64,000 nt of DNA from assembly GCF_964204645.1 (NCBI RefSeq), contig NC_134034.1, positions 10,614,962 through 10,678,961 of the forward strand, in the 5' to 3' direction. The number at the start of each line of letters is the position of its first letter. The stretch's first letter is position 1. Shown here piece after piece: positions 50,201 to 62,200 of the stretch. The notes beneath the pieces are model-generated. The model searched no databases. It worked only from the letters and a program-made list of their open reading frames with translations, and was not told the DNA's origin. The translations under genes and the position numbers were made by a program. Source of the DNA: Tubulanus polymorphus. Lineage: Eukaryota > Animalia > Nemertea.

Positions 50201-53200
50201 TATAAATAAATGTCCTCCGTGGTTAATAAATTAAAAACATTTCTTATTTCAAATAAATCTCGGATGGACAGAAATAGTCTAATCGAAACCGAAGGTGAAC
50301 AGAATTTTTGTTATCAATTGTCATTATTGTGGGCTTTCTCTACATATTGCACAGAGGTTTTCATGCAATAAGATAAAAACCCACTATCTACAGATTAAAA
50401 GAATTTAAAAAACAAGAATTTATTTATTCAATCTAAAATATATAGAATACACGACGTTTCGATCTCACCCTACAGATCATCGTCAGGTGTGTACGTCGTG
50501 TATTCTATATATTTTAGATTGAATAAATAAATTCTCGTTTTTAAATTCTTTTAATCTGTAGATAGTGGGTTTTTATCTTATTATCCGCTCACCACGTTTG
50601 AGTGGTGGTTATCGTTCTATTAGGTTTTCATGCACTTACCCAGGGACCCAGGACGAGGCCACAGCTACAGAACTATCAGTTATGATGCGCCCTTTACTCG
50701 CTGAGAACGTACTGTTCAGTTCGCTGGAGGCCTTGAATTGACCATCACCGAATATTGCTTTGTTACCGAGACCAAGCGGCTCGGTACAATACGCCGGAGT
50801 GGGAACTATCTCGGTAGTAGTTTCAGGAACTATCTCGGTAGTAGTTTCGGGAACTATCTCGGTAGTAGTTTCGGGAACTATCTCGGAAGTAGTTTCGGGA
50901 ACTATCTCCGTAGTTGTTTCGGGAACTATCTCGGTAGTTGTTTCGGGAACTATCTCGGTAGTAGTTTGAGGAACTATTTCCGCAGTAGTTTGAACTCCTT
51001 CAGTAGTTGTTTGAGAAACTGTCTTGGTAGTTGTCGTTCTGGGTCGAACTGTTTTTTCTTCCTCCGGCGTCACTTCGCCGTTTCCAGTAGGAGCGATAGG
51101 AAGCTCGGTTGTCGTAGTCGGCTGTTCGCATGAACAGTAATATCGTATCATGTAATCGTTTTTACAGCCACCTTTGTTTTGAGAATGAAGACATTTCAAC
51201 CCGTCGGACACCGTACACGTAGCCACGTCGTTGGTATCCGTGAACGAGATATTAGGTTTACCGGCGACCGAACATTCAATATCCGTTATAAAACCTTTCA
51301 GACACATCAGTTCTTTCTCTTCCTTGGATATTGATTCCACATCGCCCACACTTTCAGCTGAAAGATTTCTATTGTGGTTGATATACGGGGACCAGAAATC
51401 ACATATTTTAGACGTCGTAGTAGTTTCCGTAGACGCAGTTGTTGGAGGCACAGTTTCAGCAGTTGGAGGAACCGTTTTTGCAGTAGTTGGGGGAACAGTT
51501 TCTGCAGTTGTTGGAGGAACAATCTTTTCAGTTGTTGGAGGCACAGTCTTTTCAGTTGTTGGAGGAACTGTTTCTGCAGTTGTTGGAAGAACAATCTTTT
51601 CAGTTGTTGGAGGCTCAGTCTTTTCAGTTGTTGGAGGAACTGTTTCTGCAGTTGTTGGAGGAACAGTCTTTTCAGTTGTTGGAGGCACAATCTCGGCAGT
51701 TGTTGGAGGCACTGTCTTTTCAGTTGTCGGAGGAACTGTTTCTGCAGTTGTTGGAGGAACAGTCTCTGGAGTTGTTGGAGGAACTGTCTTTTCAGTGGTT
51801 GGAGGCACAGTCTCGGCAGTTGTTGGAGGCACAGTCTCGGCAGTTGTTGGAGGAGCTATTTTGGTAGTTGTTGTAGCAACTATTTCTCTAGTGGTTGGAG
51901 GGATGGTCGTCGTGGTTATTTCTGTAACACATAAAACGTTACTCGACTTACTTTGAATCAGGTGTCATGATTTGGTAAAAAGTAAAAGCATGGAATAGTC
52001 AAGATTGAATTGTTTTGCTCATCGAAAACTATGAAGTAACCAACAGCCATTAACCAAAAAACTTTTTAGTTTAGATATTTTGCGAAGCTGCATTTTCAAA
52101 ACTAAAAGAGTAGTGATGTTTAGACTCAATTCTACGAGCCATTTTCAAAAACTAAGACAGTAGTGACGTTAAGACTCAATTCTATGAGCCATTTTCAAAA
52201 ACTAAGAGAGTAGTGACGTTTAGACTCAATTCTATGAGCCATTTTCAAAACTAAGAGAGTAGGGACGTTTAGACTCAATTCTATGAGACATTTTCAAAAA
52301 CTAAGAGATTAGTTATGTTTAAATTAAAGCCTATGAACCATTTTCAAAATTCAGCTTTGAAAATGGCTCATAGGATTGAGTCTAAAAGAGGCCAGCAGAA
52401 GCCAGCGCCTAACACTTATCTATCTTTCTTTTCCATCTCATTTGGATGCAGCAATGTACTTTACCGATACGGATACATTATCTACAGAGATGAAACTTCA
52501 AAACGTACCTTCACAAGAACAGAAATATCTCATCATGTAATCATTTTTGCATCCACCTTCGTTATATTTATCGTTACATTCGAGTCCGTTTTCGAGGTCG
52601 CACGTCACATTTTCTCCTCCGACCGTGTACGACTTGCCGGCGAATCGAGCCAGACGACACTGCACCTCCGTGAACGTACCGTCGCACGCGCGTTTTTCGT
52701 CGGGCGTCAACTTCTCGAAATCGCCTCCGATCAAACGCGAACGCGGTTTATCGCGATTCAACCACGCCGTCCAGTAGTCGCAGCGTGGTGGCGCCACCGT
52801 CGTTTCCGTTGTCGTCGTAGCGGCTGGGGGAGTCGTCGGGATCGTCGTGTAACACGAACAGAAAACGCGTAATTCGTAATCGTGACACGGGAAGTCCGAC
52901 GGTAGATCGGAGTTTTTGCAGACGAGCCCGCTCGTCGCGTCGCACGTCACGCTCGGTTGACCGGTGTAGACGTGCGAAACGTGCGACTTACTGTCGCGGC
53001 ATTCAACGCGGTCGGGCGCCGCGCAGAATTGATATTTCATGCGAAGGTTTTCGAACGTTTCGAAATCGCCGGCTTTCGACGGGGTCATCGAGTTCATCCA
53101 CGGCGACCAGCCGTGTACGACGCATTCCGGAGGGAACGGAGTCGGAGCAAGCGTGGTAGGTGGCGCCTCGGTTGTTGTTACTAGAAAATAGTGAAATAGA

Positions 53201-56200
53201 AAACAATCACTCCTTGTTACGAGCGTGTTGAAACATGAATCCCTTTCAGTGCGGTGTATCAATCACACAACAAAATGCGGTGTATAAATCAGTTATGGAC
53301 TTGGCTATTACACCGCATCGTGATGTATTGTTGTAATTAGTTATCATCTCTGTTGAAAGATGGCAGCACCTGCCATGCAATGTTAAGTATTAGGAACTAA
53401 CGGTACATCGCACCGTGGTGTAGATGCGCCATAACGGTATGCCCATTATACAACGCACAAGGGTGGAATTTTGCAAAATTCTAAATTTATCTCCAGCACT
53501 TCGGGGTAAGAATTGGTCAACACCGAAGGGTTAAACTAAAATGTAACGTGCTTCTTTACAGTTAAAGTGAATTTAAATGTAGCGTGCCGAAATTAAACAT
53601 GTGAAATTAATCATTTAACCCTTTCAGTGCATCTACACCGCAGTGCGGTGTATAAATCAGTGATAGATTTTGCTAGTACACCGCACTGCGGTGTATTGAT
53701 GTAATTAGTAATTATCTCTCTTGAAAAATGGCAGCCCGTGTCAAACATAGTGAAATACTAGTAACTAATGATACACTGCACCGCAGTGTAGACGCACTAT
53801 AGCGGTATTCCCGTTGTTCAACACACTAGGGCGGAATTTTTTAGAATTTTCAAATTATCTCCAGCACTATAGGGTATTAATTAGTCAGCACTGCAAGGGT
53901 TAAAAGTGAAATGAACTACGACAAGCACACGTACGTATGAACTGAAATGTACTCACAACTTTCGCTACAAATCAGCAAATCGAATCTCAAACTCGCTTCT
54001 CCGTGCATCGTTTTCGGAATAATTTTGATGCACTTCGTATCAAATTCATAATCGAACAGCGAAAATATCGGCGTCGATTTGTCGTTATTACCGACGAAAA
54101 CCTGTCGACGAAGATAACATTTACAACCAGCCCGGTCGAAGCATTTTCTGCGGAACGTTTCAAGAAGTTAGTCTAATTCAAAATGAAGTCGGATAATTCA
54201 AATATGAGGACCGAAAAGAGGGATAATAGACGATGACATCTTTTTCTCCAAGGATTTATAGATAATTTGATGCTATCATAGGGAACTTAATGGAGGCAGC
54301 CATCTTTATCTGCAAGGTTTTCGAGATCAAATTTGATGATGTCATAGGGGGAGTATAAAGAAGTTACTATCTATTCGGTAAGGGTTTATGGGCCAAATTT
54401 GATGATACCATCGAGGGACTTTACATGTAGAATGAGAATCTTTTCTGGAAAGGTGGATTGAATTTGAGGACATCATACGTGGATTTACTGAGAGCGGCCA
54501 TCTTGTCCGTACCTGTTGAGATCCATCTGGTTTGCGAATCGGCGAAAATTTATCGCAGCGATCATTGCCGACAGCGACTGTGTACGACTCGGTCCACTGC
54601 GCCAAATCCTGGCGTCCGCGCGTCACCAAGCCGATAACACGTACAGGCCTCGGGTACTGAACGCCGATCCAAGGGCGCGTATCGTGAGTACGCGCCGTCC
54701 ACCCGCCGAATCCGCTCGAGTCGGCGGCCGCGCGCAGACGAGCGCGATGCGGACCATGGCGCATGTCGTTGTTGTACACGGTCGACGCCGAGTAATTCTC
54801 ATCGGCGACGGTTAGAACGTCACCAGCGAGAACGACGTCGCAAGCTGTAAATATTATAAACAAATGATTGACATTTTCAAACATATTTCATGTATTGAAT
54901 CTTTAGCCCTTTCAGTGCGTCTACACCGCTGTGCGGTGTATGAATCATGATGGATTTTGCTAGTACACCTCACTGCGGTGTATTGATGTAAATAGTAATT
55001 GGTTTTTATCTCTATTAAAGACGGCAGCAACTGTCAAACAGTGAAATACTAGTAACTAACGACACACCGCGCCGCGGTGTAGACGCACTATAGCGGTATT
55101 CCTGTTAATTAACACGCTAGGGTGGAATTTTTCAAATATTTTAAATTATCTCCAGCACTATAAGGTATTTATTAGCCAGCACTGAAAGGGTTAATAAAGG
55201 CCACTTTTGTTTGATTTGGTCTTTCCCAGACATGCGCGCTGTTTTCACTGATTTGATCTGCTCGGAATCCAATCAATGGACACAGTCAAATACGTAAAAC
55301 AAGGACGGAAACTGTCGCTGACTTTTACCTATTTAGGTAGAATCTCAACAAATATCTATGATTTTTAGCTTTTTAACAAAATTACTGGCTTTTTTCATGA
55401 AAATTTCAAAGTGACTTTTCCCCGATTTCCAGGTGAGTGTGGCCAACCTGTTTTTAACCCTCTTGAAAAAAACAATCAAAATATTCTTTCATCCATCAAA
55501 CTAAAAAACTATCAAAGACTAAAAATCAAAGTATCGAAAAGAATTCTTCACGAAAAGTGTTTCAACCATTTAATTTAATCATTCAAAGTCATGGTTAAGA
55601 TTAACGACCAGTCTAAGACCAACCTACTTCTATAGTCAACCTAACAACTTGAGACCAGTCTTGAGATTTAAGACCATTGGACTTAAGTCAAGACTGTGCA
55701 ACTGGGGCCGGTTCCATAGTCAGGTTTTAAGACCAAAAGTGGTCTTAAACCTTAAGACTGGTCATAAGTTCTTAGATTGGCTATAGAATTAAGTTTGTCT
55801 TAGACCGGTCTTAAGTCAAAGCCTTGTCTATGGAACTGGCCCCAGGGCCCCAGGGTGTGAGCAAGGGTGAATACTCAAGCCCAGCATTCGCTTGAGCCGA
55901 AATGGCACAGCTTTTACCGGACAGGATCGACCCCTCAAAAATTAGGCTTGGAGAGAAATGCATCGAAATAACATACCCGCAGACGCGCATTGACAGTAAA
56001 CTCGTACTTCGTAATCCTGGCACATTCCGTGTTTCTGCTTTTCATTTTTGCACGACAATCCGTCGTGGACGGTGCAGCTGACGTTCCGGTCGCCGGCGAA
56101 ATGCGTGTTCGCCTTGCTACCGGCGGCGCGACACTGAATCTGCGTGATTTTGTCAGCGCTGCAGAACACGTTCGGGTGATTCTGAAAAATCGTGCGATAG

Positions 56201-59200
56201 TAAGTTTTTTATCGCGAGAAAAGAAAACGATCGATAAAAAAGTAAAAGATGAATTTCACGATGAAATGAGGTTTACCTCGATTGAATCTATAGTTTCAAA
56301 GTCGCCTGATCCGTATGTCGGCTTATCTGTGTTCAACCACGGCGTCCATCCGGTTGATATACACGGCTTTACTGTAGTAATTGGAGGAACAGTTTGCGCA
56401 GTTGTTGGAGGAGCTATTTTGGTAGTTGTTGGAGGAATTATCTCTTTGGTTGTTCCAGGAACTATCTCTGTAGTTGTTTGAGGAACTATTTCAGTAGTAG
56501 TTCCAGGAACTATCTCTGCAGTTGTTGGAGGAACAGTTTGCGCAGTTGTTGGAGGAGCTATTTTGGTAGTTGTTGGAGGAATTATCTCTTTGGTTGTTCC
56601 AGGAACTATCTCTGTAGTTGTTTGAGGAACTATTTCAGTAGTAGTTCCAGGAACTATCTCTGTAGTTGTTTGAGGAACTATTTCAGTAGTAGTTCCAGGA
56701 ACTATCTCTGTAGTTGTTTGAGGAACTATTTCAGTAGTAGTTCCAGGAACTATCTCTGCAGTTGTTGGAGGAACAGTTTGCGCAGTTGTTGGAAGAGCTA
56801 TTTTGGTAGTTGTTGGAGGAATTATCTCTTTGGTGGTTTCAGGAACTAGCTCTGTAGTTGTTTGAGGAACTATTTCAGTAGTAGTTCCAGGAACTATCTC
56901 TGTGGTTGTTTGAGGAACTATTTCAGTAGTAGTTCCAGGAACTATCTCTGTAGTTGTTTGAGGAACTATTTCAGTAGTAGTTTCAGGAGCTATCTCTGTA
57001 GTTGTTTCAGGAACAGTTTTCGAAGTTGCTGGAGGCACAATCTTTTCAGTTGTTGAAGGAACAGCCTTTTCAGTTGTTGGAGGCACAGTTTTTTCAGTTG
57101 TTGGAGGCACAATCTTTTCAGTGGTTGAAGGAACAGCCTTTTCAGTTGTTGGAGGCACAGTTTTTTCAGTTGTTGGAGGCACAATCTTTTCAGTTGTTGA
57201 AGGAACAGCCTTTTCAGTTGTTGGAGGCACAATCTTTTCAGTTGTTGAAGGAACAGCCTTTTCAGTTGTTGGAGGAACTGTCTTTTCAGTTGTTGGAGGA
57301 ACAGCCTTTTCAGTCGTTGAAGGAACAGTCTTTTCAGTTGTTGGAGGAACAGTCTTTTCAGTTGTTGGAGGAACCGTTCCTGGAGTTGTTTGAGCTATTT
57401 TTTCAGTTGTCGGAGTAACTGTTTCGGCAGTTGTCGGGGGAACAGTCTCCACAGTTGTTTGAGCTAACTTTTCAGTTGTTGGAGGAACAGTCTTTTCATT
57501 TGCTGCTGTTGTAACAGCGTTTCCAGTAACTGCAGTAGGCAGCGCCGACGTCGTCGTTTCCAGTGACTCGCACGCACAATAATACCTCACCCTGTAATCA
57601 TCGCAACCATCGGAGTTTTCCGCATTTCTACAGACGGACCCGTCTTCTAGAGTACACGTCGTGTTTTCATTCGTCATATAAACCGAATCGTTCGGCTTCG
57701 AGGCGACTTTACATTCGATATCGGTGATGAATCCGTGAGGACACAACGTATTCTTTTCGTTCTCGGTCATGAATTCGAAATCACCGGCCCCCGAATCAGG
57801 ACTATCACGGTTAAAATAACGAATCCAAAAATCACATTTCAACGTAGTTGTTGGAGGCACTACCTTAGTGGTAGTTGGAGGCACAGTCTCTGCTGTTGTT
57901 GGAGGCACTGTCTTTTCACTTGTTGGAGGAACAGCCTCTGCAGTTGTTGGAGGCACAGCCTTTTCAGTTGTTGGAGGAACTATCTCTGTAGTTGTTTGAG
58001 GAACTATTTCAGTAGTAGTTTCAGGAACTATCTCTGTAGTTGTTTGAGGAACTATCTCTGTAGTTGTTTGAGGAACTATCTCCGCAGTTGTTGGAGCAAC
58101 AGTTTTTGCAGTTGTTGGAGGCACAATCTTTTCAGTTGTTGGAGGCACAGTCTTTTCAGTTGTTGGAGGCACAGTTTCTGCTGTAGTCGTAGGAACTATC
58201 TTGATAGTTGTTGGAGGCACTATTTTTGTCGTTGTTGGAGGAACTTTTTCAGTTGTAGTTCGAGGAACTGTCGTGCTAGTAGTTGCAGGAGGAACTATCT
58301 TTGTGGTAATGGCCACTGGAGTTGTCGATACTGTTGAAAGAACAAAAATAAACAACCTTTGACTGAAGCAATGAACATAAATCAAATCAATGAAGTCGAA
58401 ATAAGATTTACAACCGCGCAGCTGTGGATGTCGTCGATTTCTTACCAGGAGCACATTGACACTGGACGCTGATCTCCCAGTCGAAACATAATCCAATAAG
58501 TTGACCTACTGAATGACATATCATACCGACGTCCTTGTTGCAGACAACGTTTAGCACCGAACCAGCTTTCTTAAGCTCTCCCTGTTGCTCTTTGCATTTG
58601 ACTTGTGTGATTTGATCATTCGAACAAAATGCATACTTAGTCCTGCGAAAAATGGAGACAATATCAATCTATATTCAATATCTTCTTAAGAATTTGTCAT
58701 TTTCCACATTCATGCTTCCTGTTTAACCCTATCAGTGCTGACTGATTAATACCCGAAAGTGCTGGAGATAACTTTCAAAGGATTCCACCCAAGAGTGTTG
58801 AATGACAGGCATGCCGCTATAGTGCGTCTACTACGCAGTGCGTTGTATCATTAGTTACTAATATTTCACTATTTTTAACAGGTGCTAATTGCTAACATTA
58901 AAATAAATTTCTAACATTAACCCTTTCAGTGCGTCTACACCGCAGTGCTGTGTACGAATCAGATTTAATTAGTAATTCCTAATTATCTCTCTTGAAAGAT
59001 GGCAGCACCTGTCAAACATAGTTAAATATTAGTAACTAACGATACACTGCACCGTGGTGTAGACGCACTATAGTGCTATTCCCGTTATTCAAAACACTAG
59101 GGTGGAATTTTTCAGAATTTTCAAATTATCTTCAGCACTATAGGGTATTAATTAGCCAGCACTGAACGGGTTAATACTCCATGATGCAGTGTACTAGCAA

Positions 59201-62200
59201 AGGCCATTACCGATTTATACACCACACTGCGGTGTAGACACAATAATATTTTCGGTGTTGACGTAATAAAACGTTTTGAAAAATCTTTGCAAAATTTCTC
59301 CATCAAGTGCTTTTTTTCCACCAAATTTCAACGGAGAATGAAATACTGACCTCAAGTTTCCCCAGATTTTATTGCCGGAGATGCCGGCAGACGGATTCAC
59401 AGTCATCCACTTCGTCCAGCCCGGAGTACAGATCGGAGCGTGCGTCGTCAGCGGTTGCGTCGTCAGTTCCGGCGTCGTCGTACACGGCACCGGTGTTTTC
59501 TTCACTTTGCCATTTTCACCGCAGAAACTATCGAAATAGAAATATTGAATGTTATGAGAGCGCAAGTCTCTCTGCGACTTCCTAAATCCCTTATGAACAA
59601 TTAAGCTTGAGACAAAAATTCCAACGTGTTCTGCGTCAAATAAGAACACCGAGAAAAAAGATGGCGGATTTCACCAGTGACTAAATGCGATACCACAGGG
59701 CTGGGTCATATAGAAACGCCTTGGGCGATCACTCCAAATTTAGAAAATGTTTGCAAAAAACATAGTTAAGGGTACTCAAGGAAATAATGAATTTACTCAA
59801 AGTACTCAAAGGAAATAATGACTTTAGCAGTGGTGAGATTGATGCAGAGTGGATTAGGACATTTTTCACATCATCATTTTTTTCACACATTTTCACCGTA
59901 GAAAAGCTGGTATTTTTCACATTTTAAGGAAAAAACAGCGAGAAGCTGCAACCTTGCCTCTCACGATGGCAAAACAGCACTTAGTTGCTAGGGGCAAAGG
60001 TATCAGGATCTACAAAATTCATGTTTAAATGAAGAGGGGCTCTAAAGATAGCATATTCGGTAGAAAAGCACCTCAAAATTTTCAGCAAACAAACTTTCAC
60101 AAATTTTTTGAAATTTTTTTTTTCATAGAAATTTCAACTGTTATCAAATTTTTCGCATCAATCTCGCTCCTGATTTTGTTAAAATGAAAGAAAATTTTGC
60201 GACCCAGAAAAAATAATCTCCTACCAGATATAACACGGTGGGCAGACGCTTTCATCGAAAATTTGTTGACCTTCCGTGTAATTTTTGCCGTTCACGCGAC
60301 AAACACTCTTGCAGTCTTTCTCCTTGACGCAGACGGCCGGTCGAGATGAATTGTGATAAACCTGTCCGGGCGGACACGGCTTCGGGGTGCAGCCCTCCAA
60401 ACACATCTGCAACACGAGGAAAGTAGAACAGTTGCATTCAGAAGTGGCGAATAGATAATAAGATTAAAAGCTATGGTTACGTATGTTTTTTCAAGGGAAT
60501 ACAGCTATTGAAGGGAATACAACTATTGAAGGGAATTCAGCTATATATATATCTTTATTCATAACAATGTTACAAGTTGAAAAATAGAAAAGTCAAAGGG
60601 AATACAGCTTTTGAAGGGAATACAGCTATTTCTACAGCAGCATGGGAACAGTCCTCCCCCCTGCGAAGGTTACCTACCTCTTCTTTACAAGTTTGCGTTA
60701 TTTCTTTGTAGACGTTCTTGTTTTCGCATGTTTTCACCGGACACTGACTGATGCACGGCTTGTAGTTCTCGCATTCCTCGTCGCATTGCATGGCTGTAAC
60801 AAGCGCATAAAGAATTCTCAATGTTTCAAACAAAATTTTCCATATTCATACGTATACTCTATGAAGTTTAAGTCTACTTGGACCCAGTTCCACAGTTGTG
60901 AGTTGAGATTTGACTTTGTTAACTCGTTGAAGATGAACTAATCTTAACTCTGAGTTCCTGAAATCCTGGAACTCATTTCGTGGGATATTTTGCTCAATTT
61001 CAGTTTGTAGGCTAAAAAGAATCGCATTGTTAAACTTGGGAGTCTCTTTTCTCTAATTCAACTTGAGTAAAAGAAGACTTTTCAACAGTCCTTCAACTGA
61101 GTGTAAAACGCATATAAAAACAATGGTTTATTCACACTGCATGTACAGTTTTCCTGGTCAGTTTTAACACCGACTCATCGTAACTGTAACTGTCATTTTC
61201 AAATAAAAACTGTGAAGACGGGCGGAAATATTCTCCCGGAAACGTTAGCAAAACTTTTGAAAATACGATATTCATTAAGACCAGAAACAGTCTCCTACTG
61301 TATATTTACACTGATTTAAGGTGATTAGTCCTAAAATTGAGCCGAATATCCCGGTATAGAAACTTGTTGCAGCGATTAAAAGTTGAACTTACGGCAGAGT
61401 CCTTGGTGGCGCCAGCTAACCGCGATACCGTTGGCGGCGCACTTGTCGGCGTACGTGCCGATCGCCGTGCACAGACATTCGCAATCGCCGCCCGAATCGC
61501 ACGAACACGAATCGAAAACACAACGTTCGTAGAATCCGTCGACGGGAATCACCGCGCGGCACTAAAACAAACGGGAGAATTCGTTCAGCGTCGAACATTC
61601 TCAAATTCTCTATTTGAAGCCCCCCCCCTGAAAAAGCTTTCGACACCGTAACGAAGAACCCGAATCCTACCTTTTCGAACGTTTCAGTTTTGAGAACGCC
61701 GCACTGCTGTTTGGCCCACGTTTCTCGTTCGGGGTGTTCGCAGACGAGCGCCACTTCTTCGGAATCGCCGCACGAGGTCGAATGCTACGATTTCAGAAAC
61801 GAAAAATTCATTCAACATGAGTAATGAAAACCATTCGATATGACGATATATGACCTTTCCAAATCTCTTTCAGGCAGGTTCAGGCAAGTTGGAAGCTGGT
61901 ATGCCTGAACCCGAACTGAAATTTCCATGAGCTTCGATTCTGTTACACCGATCATCCAACTATACAATATGCACCTAAATTTCCGATTCCTAAATCAACC
62001 TCCTGTATCCTGCTGGCACGTGCAGGGTGACCACTGGCTTGCCTTTTCCCCCTGACTATTCCCTGACTAAGTTTATTTTCCCTGACTCGATCTGCTAAGA
62101 ATCTGATCAATTAACACAATCAAATACGTAAGACATTGACGGAAACTGCTTGATTTTACACTCAATCTCAAACAAATTTCCATGACTTTTCCCTGAAATA

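Noticed and set aside
50738-58337. Many + strand and alternate-frame ORFs (VVGGTV.., LQLLEE.., SCWRN..)
   Set aside because: Antisense or shifted readings of the 24-nt mucin PTS repeats.
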